Below, piece after piece: positions 53,401-64,000 of a stretch of DNA of 64,000 nt. The notes under the pieces are model-generated. The model was not told the origin of the DNA. It made no database searches and worked only from the letters and a program-made list of their open reading frames with translations. Each line of letters begins with the position of its first letter. Position 1 is the stretch's first letter. A program made the translations under genes and the position numbers. Source of the DNA: Bispira polyomma (Eukaryota); NCBI GenBank assembly GCA_965649765.1, contig OZ287756.1, forward strand, positions 48,174,001-48,238,000, read 5' to 3'.

Positions 53401-56400
53401 GCAGATTCAGACTGAAATAGGGTTATACGTGGGCTGGATAACAAATTTATTAAGGTATTAAAGAAGTGTATGTCACTATAATAAAATAAATAAATATATA
53501 TTAATTACTAGCATCAGGTAATACTGAGAGAATGACTACTACACAAAACGATTGAGGCCACTGGGGAACAGAGTGTAGAACAATTCTTTCCTCCTCAGGA
53601 AGCAGATTTAACCAAGAGTTAAAACACAGGCTTAGTCTGGATACTCGGCAGAACTCGAAAAACTCTACATGCGAGAGTAGCTTTTCTGGACAAGTATTTT
53701 AAGCGCAAGAAGAGACTCTAAATTGGTTGGATTACATGTATTCAAAGTATAAAGCTACAAGTTTGAACTGTTCTCAATGTTAAATCTGTGTGATATAAAA
53801 ACTTTACATCGAAAATAAAGATACACAAACCTATGGAAAATAAATATGAAAGAAATCACCTAAATTCTACTTACAAAGATACACTATGAACAAACAGTAT
53901 GAGGCTTTTAAGTTATGTCAAACTGAATGTTGTAAAACTTACTTGTGTCAGTGAATATGTCCTTTGTCAATGCTCTGTCAATAAAGTTTAATACCATGAA
54001 ATAATCGGACAGGTATTCTGGAAACGAGACACACAACTCCTACAATAAGAAAGTCATACAAATTAACAAGTAAGAAAAAGCTGTACAATTTATATCAGTT
54101 CCCCGCGACAAACAGTTGGGCTACAGAAATGTTTCTTATTATTTGCCTTAATTTCCTTATTTTGTACGTTATCTCACAGTTCAGTGAATAAAACACCACA
54201 GAGAACTGTAAAAAAACAAGTTTATAATCTCATTATCAGATGAAAAGTGCACAATAAACACACAGTAAATGGTAGAATACAGACAGATTAACTAAAGGAA
54301 ATAAGCAAATCATTCAAATTACTAGAAACAGCAGGGATGAAAAGGTAAAGGTGTAACATCCAAATCAATTACTGTATACTGACAAAAACACTAGAAAAAA
54401 ATTTTTCAAGTCAAGATTATTAGTTTGACACATAAGGTCAATATGAGGTCAGACCTAAATGCTGCATATATCTATACGGACTAAACCTCCTTGAGAATAT
54501 CCATAATTAATATGAACTTTCTACAATGGGTGGTTACTGAGATAGAGACTGGAAACTATCTTTTATGTCAAGACCATAACTCCCAAGGTCTAAATGAGGT
54601 TACACCAACAGCCTGGCACTGTGCCATAAATATTTTTTTCCAAAATATAAAACTCCCTGTGACAAATAGTTACTGTGTTCTTGTTCAAACAAGCTTTTTT
54701 CAGAGGAAGGTCATTATTCCAAAGTCAATGTCCACATGCAACCATATTTATACCAAATGTGAAGTTCCTCTAACTATTAATTTCCCGGACATAGTTCGGT
54801 ACACATTTTTCAGGTGACGGTCATAAGCCTAAGATCGAAATGAGGTCCGAGGTCTGACCTTGACAACGCACAACCATAAACTTACCCTGCCAAATAGTTG
54901 CTGATATCTAGTTCAAAGAAGGAGGACACCTACCCAACTACAGTGAACTATAACCCTGACTGATGGCCAATAATGGCTGTGGTGTAAACAGCATCAAATC
55001 TCTATATAGCTAATTCTATCAGCATGTGTTCATATAGTACATGTGTATTTCAAATAATAATTAAATAACAGCTGAACCCCATTAAGTAGAACTCTATTAT
55101 CAAGTCAATTTTCTTTCCTTTTTTATGTGAAAAAAAATATATAGTCCCCACAAAACCATTTTTCAGTTGAAATAGACCTGTTAATTGGAGATGCTATTCA
55201 GGTAGAAGCATTTCTCCTGGTCTATTGAGACTTGACATAAAGGTGTTTAACTGTGAGTAAAAAAAACACTATAACTATCTACTCCAGAGCAGACATCTCT
55301 CCTTTAAATAGCAGACATCTGTACAAGTTTCCAACATATTAAACTTTAGGTCATGACAACGTCTCAAGTCTGACTCTTACAAGCTCTGTTTATTGTGGCA
55401 GATCAATAGCAGTTTCTTCATGGCTGCATTTTTTGGGTGTCTGCATGTGTTAATTTAACTGTTAACTGCGTCAATCACAGTAGACATCCTCTTAATCAAT
55501 ACAAAATATAATAAATTCTATTCAATGATTTTATTTCACTTGTGACTGATTCTGTATAATGATTATAAATTTACTTGTTTTCGAGAAACTATAGATCAGA
55601 ACCCATACAGTTTTTTCAAAGTCATTACACCTTTTTTTTTAATGGGTTTTCTTTCAACACTGATGCAGAGAATCTTAAAACATACCAAAGGCACTTTCAG
55701 GTATTAATTCTAAGTGTGAATTTCAATCAAGAAAACCTGTTATTCTGTGAAAAGCAATTAAGTAACAAAAATAAGTTTCCTTTTAAATCACAAAAAAAAG
55801 TACTATTTTCACAACACTAAACCTCAATTATCTTCTGTGAATAGCAATTAAGTAACCAAAGAAAATGTCCTTTTAAATCACAAAGAAAAACAAAAAACAT
55901 TTCTACAACAATAAACCTTATTTATCTTCTGTTTATTGATTTATGATTATGTAAAAGACACACTACAAACCTTTGTAGGGTATTCTAGAATACAGTTATT
56001 GTATATCAAGAAATATACAATTGCACATTTCGGTAAAACTCACACTAACACACACACCACTCATCCAAAAGATTATGAAAAGATTATCCTTCACTAACAA
56101 GGGATTTGTGTTTGTGTAAAGTTCCTATTCTTCCTGAGCCTGAGATCCAACAGAACCCACTACTTTCTGGCACTTGTTATCATTATCCAATGAATGCAGC
56201 AAGTGCCTGTGTGAGCCACTGATAGTGTTAAAGGTCTCTGACGGATATATCCCCTAATCAACAGCAGCCAATAACAACCATACAAAAAAGAAAGACAATT
56301 ACTTTTACAGGCGCTTTGCTGCTCTCTCATGTATTTCATCTAAGGATGAAAATTTTACCAAAACAATGATATTTTTAGCTAATGATACTAAGTACCTATA

Positions 56401-57238
56401 AATTCTATGGTTTTGTTGTGGTTAATGCTGGAATGAGTGAACCCTAACTCAAGTCAGAACTAGGTGGACGACACACAAGCAATAACATGGGAGTGTATTG
56501 ACAGTGAACTCAGTTTGTGTTCCGGTGTGGAGAAACACCTTGCTGTGTTCTATATGTTGCTTTAAATTTTCAGGAATGTCACTGCATATAATTATTTATA
56601 TGTGACCAATCTGAGAAACATTGTGTAATACGACACCATTAATAAGCCCATACGTATGCCCCAATAAGGAATGAGCCATACGGCACAGGTCAAAAGCAGT
56701 AGATGTTTGTTTTACAATAGAATTTACTAATGCCTGGATTGGGTGAGTGATATACATGTGTAATTATTTTGAAGCACATGTGGTTTAACAACAGATTTCA
56801 TAGCGAAATATCTAATTTGGTAAAAATACAGTTTTTATTACAAACGATTAGATCTATTTATACTGACCTATTTTACTTGTAAAGTTGAAATATTAGTTGA
56901 AACCTGTTGGGCAAAATACAGAAGGATAACTGTGACAAATTTGTTAGAAACTCCATTTTTTCATTAATTTAATAAACTGAAGTACTTGCGCTTCATTTCA
57001 TGGAACTTTACAAGGTATAACTACCCTTAAAGACAATGTTTTCACTGATTATTGATAAGTTTGAAAATCCTTAAACTCAATCAAGTCTGAGTTAAACTTA
57101 ACCCATAAGTGGGATGCTCAACTTCAGAAAATTGCTTTTGATCCCAGCTACGTTTGACCATTGTACAACTACTTTATACATCTTATAGTGTCCAATCTGT
57201 CCATATTTGTTTTCTTCATGTTTTAGTTTAAACATAAC

Positions 57239-57350
57239 CTTAAGACTGACAGACAGTACAGGTGCCACTCCAGAATATTCAAAATCCAGAATATTCATAT
57301 CACAAGTAGCTTCCATCCAAATTGCAAAAACATTGCATTCTTCTACACTG
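57239..57350 (-). other. Candidate upstream (5'UTR) exon of the host gene; a second candidate at ~53944-53975
   Basis: gtatttag|CAG acceptor and AAG|gttatg donor; second candidate ttattgacag ... CAA|gtaagt. Splice signals only. Confidence 0.3.
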
Positions 57351-58571
57351 CTAAATACAGTGACACAAAGTAAAAAGTCTTAAATTTTCTACTACCGACA
57401 AAGTCAGTGAATGCAATCCTATGCATAATACAGTTTTTGTAACCTCTACTTCGGACAGTCAGTGAATGCAATACTATGCATAATACAGTTTTTGTCATAT
57501 TTACATAAACTAATATACATGCAGGCTATATTTGCAAAAAGAATTTTGAATTCTTTAATTTGTAAAGTTGCAGTAAATAAACTTTTGGACAGAATTTAAT
57601 AATGTATGCACTTTAATTTGGTTAAAGATTCATATATAAAAAATATGTGAATGGTCTAGCTGCACAAAATAATAGTGCCTGTAAAAAGCACACACAGAAC
57701 TCTCCCTAGGTAACAAAAACATTGTTTGCTAGTTTAAAGGGAGTAAGGTGATGGTACTTTTGAATAATTTTTTACCACCCAGAATGTGGTTGGTGGAATA
57801 AGAAGTATTCATTGATAATGATTAGTAATTATTTTGCAGGTCAATTAATTGCTAGATTGTCTGACCGATGATCAGCTTGAAATCCATTATTACCACAATT
57901 TTATTATAAAAAAGTATTAAGTTACTTATCCTGCCATCCCGGGCTGAATATATTGTGATCCGTTAAGAATTTAGTCAAATTCAAACGTTCGACATTAAGT
58001 ATCAACCGCTAACCTATATGACTTCCGGTAAACATGGCGGTAAACAAAAACAAATATAAAAGTGACAACATTTGCTTTATTTGACTTCAAAACTATCTTA
58101 AATCACATAAAAACGTCAAATATCTATTGGTGTTTTTGGCGAGTAATGATCGATTTTTTGATGATCTTTACCAATCGATGTCAATAAGTCAATAGACCGA
58201 CGAACGCTTAGACGTTCGTCGAATCGTCCACTCACTAATAATGATATGAAGTGCAATAATTGCATTATCTTTCAAAATTTTGCTTTGTTAAAATAGACCG
58301 GTATTAGGTTCACTGTAAGGTAATTTTTTTAACCGAAGACAAGCGAAAATTTACAAAGTAGTAGGTCACGTTCACGATATCACAATACTTTACCCTGAAG
58401 ACAACTCTTTAAGGAATGCCAACCTATTTTATAAATTATGCGTACACTACATGGAAGATGTTTAATAAAACAAATATGTGTAATATATATAAGGTAATAT
58501 ATGATTAAATTTTAATCATTTCACAAAATGTAACTCAATATTGGCGGTTCTTGCCAAGTCAATATTGACTA

Positions 58572-58791
58572 TTTGAATTTGGATATTTAACGTCCACTCT
58601 AGTACGTTTTAGTAGGTTATATTGGGACGGGTAGTTGGAAACACTGGAGGAAACACTGCATAGAGTCGGTCAAGGTTCTGCACTGAAACCAGCGGCCCAC
58701 TGTAAGGAACTACCACCTTTCCCACATAAGCATCGACGGGATTCGAACTCACGCCGCCCAGAGGTGAGAGACCAGTGATTCACCGTGGCCC
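58572..58791 (-). mobile_element. SINE copy with a 13-bp TSD and a 30-bp deletion in the tRNA head
   Basis: tcaatattgacta at 58559-58571 and 58792-58804; body closely matches the 12644-13632 copy. Confidence 0.85.
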
Positions 58792-60858
58792 TCAATATTG
58801 ACTAAGGTAAGAAAGTCATAAATATCCTTGTATGTAAATTGGTCCTTCTTGGCCCTCCCTACTGGGACAGATTGCCTAATTTACATAAAATAATTCCTTA
58901 TAGCTCATTTTCACATGGTGTCATTTCTGTTGCCGGTAACACCTATTGTTTACAAATGGGAAAAAGTGAGTGATAAATAAATATAAAATGTTGAGTGTCG
59001 TCATTTTAGAAGAAATAACTGGAAAGAAATATTGCTTCAGCCTTTGTTCATTAACTCTAACTCAATTTAATCAATTTTCAAATGCTTCGTTTTGAAAATA
59101 GAAACAATTTTACGCCAAAACCAGCCCATAATACATCGCAAGGCAGTACAGACAATAGGCGCATTTTGGGGGAGCCTTCCAAGCTTTTCTGAAAACGAAA
59201 TACTTGTTCTGGTTGATCCTTTGAGAGCAATTTTTTTTAGAAGCATTCCAAAGCATTCCATTTTTTATTATCATAATATTTTAGTATTATTTTTAAAACA
59301 TTTCAAAAACAGACATGTTAAAAAACATTTTCTGTGGTTCTTACAATCATATAATTTTTTGATACATTTCGAAAACAGACATGTTAAAAAAACGTTTTCT
59401 GTGGTTCTTATACATATTTTTGAAACATCGCAGAATTTAGAAACTTTTCCTAAATTTTGCGATATTGACAACTTTCTTCACGAACTTTCGACCCGTTTTT
59501 TCTATAATCGTTCGACCCTTTTTTGGGGGTTATACACTAATAAAAATAGAATAAACTCACAAAATTACATTGTATTACACTAATAACTATTTTATTGGGA
59601 AATGGCTTAAATATTTAAGTTTAAAGAAAAGTTAATTGTGTGGATATATGGTAATATATGTTTGTGGTTCTTGCAGAGTCAAAGATGGTTAAATATCCTT
59701 ACATAGAAGTTGAAGCAATGAACTTCACAGAAGTCCCTGGACCGAATAATCTATTTAGCGAGATTCCTTGCTGTTTTTATGACGGCTGAATCACGAAAAG
59801 GGGCAGAACAGATACCATAAGCAAATGTTGTAAATTTAGTCTGTCGTAACATGGCCGACAGAGATGTCCAAATGTTTGTGGTTTAGTTTTTATGTTAAAA
59901 TAACTTATATGTACCTTGTCGGCATGAACTAAGACAAAATTGGCTGCTGCAACGTTTTGCTTATGGCAGCCCCTCGGTCACCAATCGGCTATATATCAGT
60001 TTATAAGAAGTTGTCATTGGCGGCAGAATTCTCGTTCTAGAAAGTCCCTAAAATTAGTCCTTTTCCTATTTTCATATTATACAATACATATAACATGTAT
60101 AACAATTTCTTCCATTATCGGTGACATGCACATGCTTCTAATACCTTATTAACTTATATATTCGAATCTAAAAATCATGAATTTAAAAACCATCTAGATA
60201 ATAGTCGGATCGTCTGCAAAAAAGAAGAGGGTTAAAATGTACCGAAGGTCAAAACATTTAGTAATCAATTTTGCAACCTTACAGTTGCTGTAAAAAATTT
60301 ATTTTTTTAAAAACATTTTAATACTTTTATTGCAATTATTTTACTTGCCACAGTCAATTGTTAATTTTAACGTGCATAATTTTAAGGCTGCAAGCGAGCC
60401 GGCAATTGGGCCCTGGTTACTCGCTAGGTGAAACTTGACTCGGTGCCGAGTACTCGCTGAATAATTTTAACCCTAACAAAAACGAGGCTGTTTTTGTTTT
60501 TTTCCTGCCAACTGTAAAAAACATATACATTGTAAATAATAGAGAAAGGGGTGGTTATTGGGGAAAATAATAAGATTTGATGTCTGATTATATATCACTT
60601 TGTGTTTATGTACTGTTTATTGTATTGTATATGTGTCAAAGGAAAAATTAGCGAGTAATCAACTTCCCATTTCTGACTCAGGCCACAAGTCGAACCGCTT
60701 CGTCAGGGATTAACCGACTACTTGTTCCACCCTTAGTTAATTGAGCAACTATTTCCGGGTATAATATTTGTTTTAATGGTCAAAATTAAAATATTCTCAA
60801 AGTTTTGGAATTCAAGAACTTCAGGGTTGCAGCATTCGGGTACAGTTTCGGAATTCTG

Positions 60859-62032
60859 GGGCCGTATTCACTAACAAGTGAAATATTTTTTTACTTACTT
60901 TCTAAAGTAAGTAAATTTTTCTAAAGATTTCCTTGGAAGTGGTATTCACAAACAAGTGAAAAATCCTACTCACGTTTTTTTTAGAATCTAAGTTAGGAAA
61001 GAAATCTAAGGTACCTCATCTGCTTACACGGGCGGTCACAATACCGGTTGGGTCACAATATCGTCCGTTGCATTTTAAAATACTTTACTGACGGAAATTA
61101 TAACTGAAAGTACAGAATACTTTATTTTATTTTGAATAAATCTACGTTCTAAGTCTTAAAATGTGCGTCGAACGGTATTGTGACTCAACCGGTATTGTGA
61201 CCGCCCATGTATGGTTTTGTGATGTTATTTCGACGCATATATAACTTCGACGTATAACACTAAATTGCCGAAAATCTATTTATAACTCAGAAATTACTAA
61301 ACCTAAAATTATGTAAAAATTATGGTTGGAAAGCTCATTTTATTGCGATTAATGTGCTTTTTGTTGCATCAAAATCCGTTCAGAAATGACTGAGATATTA
61401 AGTTTAAATACGGGTAGCCATTTTTATATTTATTTACTTACTCGTTTTCGTATTTGCCGCCATCTAGCGAGTGCTTTTGAAACTAGAGAACATGTGCTCA
61501 TATAAGGCAGCATTTCATCATTGAAATTTATAGACGAGTATATATGCGTACATGTAAGATATTTATTAGAAAAAATATGTGTAATATAATACTTTGACTT
61601 CATACATTATAGGTTTTCTGCAGTACGTCGAATTAATAAAGTGTCAGTACTAATAAAAAAATGATGGATATAAAAGTTGGAATATTTAAGATTTGCCGCA
61701 AATCAATGTGAGTACCATAAAGCTTTTTAACATTTTAAATTTATTATGTTAATATGCAAACAGACTTTCAATGAAAAATATTATATTTAATTAAAATGGC
61801 TTTAATGACGATGTTATTGTTTATTACTGAGTGGAAATGTGATCTGCCATGAATTAGTTTAATACGACGAAATAACATAGGACAACCATACTTGAAATCT
61901 AAGTAAGTTTTTTCTCTAAAGTAAGTAAGTTTTCTTTCGTGAATACCACTTGGATCTAAGTTGGTAAAAAATGGCCACAATACTTGAAATCTAAGGTAGG
62001 AACGGAATTTCACTTGTTAGTGAATACGGCCC
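60859..62032. mobile_element. Harbinger-like element (gggccgtattcactaacaagtgaaat TIR) containing a nested MITE
   Basis: Perfect ~26-bp TIR; ctaaagtaagtaa subterminal repeats. Confidence 0.85.
61027..61208. mobile_element. TA-flanked MITE nested in the Harbinger-like element
   Basis: ta-cacgggcggtcacaataccggttg ... caaccggtattgtgaccgcccatg-ta. Confidence 0.8.
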
Positions 62033-62070
62033 CAGGTCATTCCCGAACTGAGATGACCATGCTATGAGAA

Positions 62071-62540
62071 CAATTCGGGAAAGAGCAGAATTCGGAAATG
62101 TTGCCGAATTCAGGAACTGTTCCTGAATTCTGCAACCCTGAAGTTCCTGAATTCGGGAACTTTTAGAATATTTTAATTTAGGCAGTTAACCAGACAAATT
62201 CGCAATTTATGATAACTGTTATGTAAATATACATTATTAAATAAAAAACTTTTGTGTTGCTTGAAAAAAATCCATCGTTGCGTTATATTAGTAAGTTACA
62301 GTTCACTTAAAATTTGTAAAGAAATTCAAAAACAAAAATGATACCCAGAAATGGTTGCTAATTAACCACTGTTTCAAGTAAAATAATGGCAATAAAACTT
62401 TTTTGTTGTTTTTAAAACATGAATTTTATAATGTTCCTGAATTTTGCAACGTTTCCAAATTCAGGAACTTTAGGGTTGCAGAATTCAGAAACAGTTCCCG
62501 AATTCTGCAACGTTCCCGAATTCTGCTCTTTCCTGAACGG
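62071..62540. mobile_element. MITE with gaattc-rich long TIRs; partial sister copy at ~60770-60858
   Basis: ttcgggaaagagcagaattcgg ... ccgaattctgctctttcctgaa. Confidence 0.75.
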
Positions 62541-63059
62541 AGAAACGGTGTTGTTGCAACCACACGCGTTGCGGACCAGATGGTCGTACAAGCACATACA
62601 AACTTTTATATAATAGCTGTTACATATCCTATTAACAGATACATGAAAATAATTTATTAAGATGCACTGACACGGTTTACAACACAACTTACAGTGAAAT
62701 AAACGTACTTGTACCTTCCTCACTTTCCACAAATGGAAACCGGAACTGCTTTATATATACTAGTATAGTCGAAAATATACCATTGAATATAAACCAAGGA
62801 ATTTTGCTCCGAAAATCACTGGAAATTATCCCAACAGCCTCATACTTTTTCTGATATAATACAAGTTCTTATTAGATTTTACATTTATGTATAAAATAAA
62901 ATTGTGCTATACTGTGAAGTTGTTAAGGGTAACACAGTTTGAGTACATACACGGCCGTCGGCAATTCTGTAACATAAAAATGATAGAAACATTTATATAG
63001 CACAAAATTGATAAAAATCCTCTAATGCACAGAATTCCGAAAAAGGGATTGTCCATTAC

Positions 63060-63530
63060 TGAGTAACTTTCATTACCAAGTGAGCGCCAACTAACGAGTA
63101 ACTAAGGTGGGGGATATGCCAGTCTGAACAAGTCAGTCTTGAGCTGGCTCCAAAAACCTGATATTGTCTGCTGTGATCTGACATTTTGTGGCAACCTGTT
63201 CAATTCTGCTGGCGCAGCAACAGCAAAGCTGTGCCTTTCAATTCGCCATTTGGGGCAAAGTAAAACCGATAGCCTATTTCCACGAGGGAGGCTGTGCATG
63301 CAAAATAGCAGGCTGTGCATGAAAAGAATGCAATGTTCCATGGGAAGCCAGTGAAATTTTTAAGGTAAGGGGTTACAAGACTGAATCTGTCAAGCCTGTA
63401 AACAATGCGACAGAGAGCATTTTGGACTCTCTAAAGTTTGGCAATATTAGCCTTACTGACCCCATATTGTAAAGAGTTACAATAGTCCAAGCGACTACTG
63501 ATCATAGCATTTGCAAATAGAACTGCAGAA
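63060..63530 (-). mobile_element. Degenerate L2 (CR1-group) LINE ORF2 3' end
   Basis: SRLDYCNSLQYG..IAKL*RVQN..HWLP..SFAVAAPAELNRLPQNVRS..F..QLKTDLFRLAY, the typical L2 C-terminal motifs. Confidence 0.85.
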
Positions 63531-64000
63531 TCAATGCCGAGAAATCTACATATTTGTTGCAAATTTCGTAGATGATAGTAACAGGCATGTAAGAATTTCG
63601 TAGATGATAGTAACAGGCATGTAAGAATTAAAGTCTCCCATTATTATTATGTCTAAGATGTCACTAGATTTTGTGTTGTCAACTGAATTCTGTAACTTTT
63701 CCCAGTAATAAATTTAAGAACTTGGTGGTCGACAAGATACTATGAGCCAGAATTTTTTGTTAAACGTTCATACTTCTAACCACAGCATTTCAAGATTATC
63801 ATCTTCTAGGTTATTCCGATAAACATATGCAAGATCATCCAATATCCACCGTCCTATATGCTATATTAACTATTTCTTGGAAGTTATGTAGGCTCAAAGA
63901 TTCGTTTGTTACTTAGGTTATTGTTAAATCTCTGTGGCAAGTTATTCCAAAGTATATTTTTTCTTAACAAAAACCCAACAAATAGTGATTAGAACCCTGA

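Noticed and set aside
58015-58045. Host-gene promoter (ETS-like acttccgg next to YY1-like aacatggcgg)
   Set aside because: Plausible by position, but the motifs may lie inside a TTAA-bounded (Kolobok-like) repeat at ~57734-58412; cannot be decided from sequence alone.
59092-59583. 163-aa ORF
   Set aside because: AT-rich, TTG start, contains a local duplication, no domain signal.

Overview
AT-rich animal genomic DNA (repeat types suggest a mollusc; this is inference), mostly intronic. A spliced host gene runs on the minus strand. It has a large Met/Gly/Asn/Gln-rich first coding exon (47898-47215) and phase-compatible small exons at 26024-25922, 6688-6645 and 5568-5497, separated by introns of about 21 kb, 19 kb and 1 kb. 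It resembles a Matrin3/RBM20/ZNF638-type RNA-binding protein (low confidence). The introns are full of MITEs (Harbinger-, hAT- and Tc1/pogo-like), tRNA-derived SINEs, a 147-bp tandem-repeat element and minisatellites; an L2 LINE fragment and nested MITEs lie upstream of the gene. The main finding is at the left end: an L1/Tx1-type retrotransposon (minus strand, running off the window) whose ORF1 RNA-binding protein is fused in frame to a complete NADAR (YbiA-like ADP-ribose/N-glycosidase) domain. That domain is broken in this copy by a single TGA at a conserved Gly position. A 1.85-kb repeat-containing spacer and an APE-endonuclease ORF2 follow.
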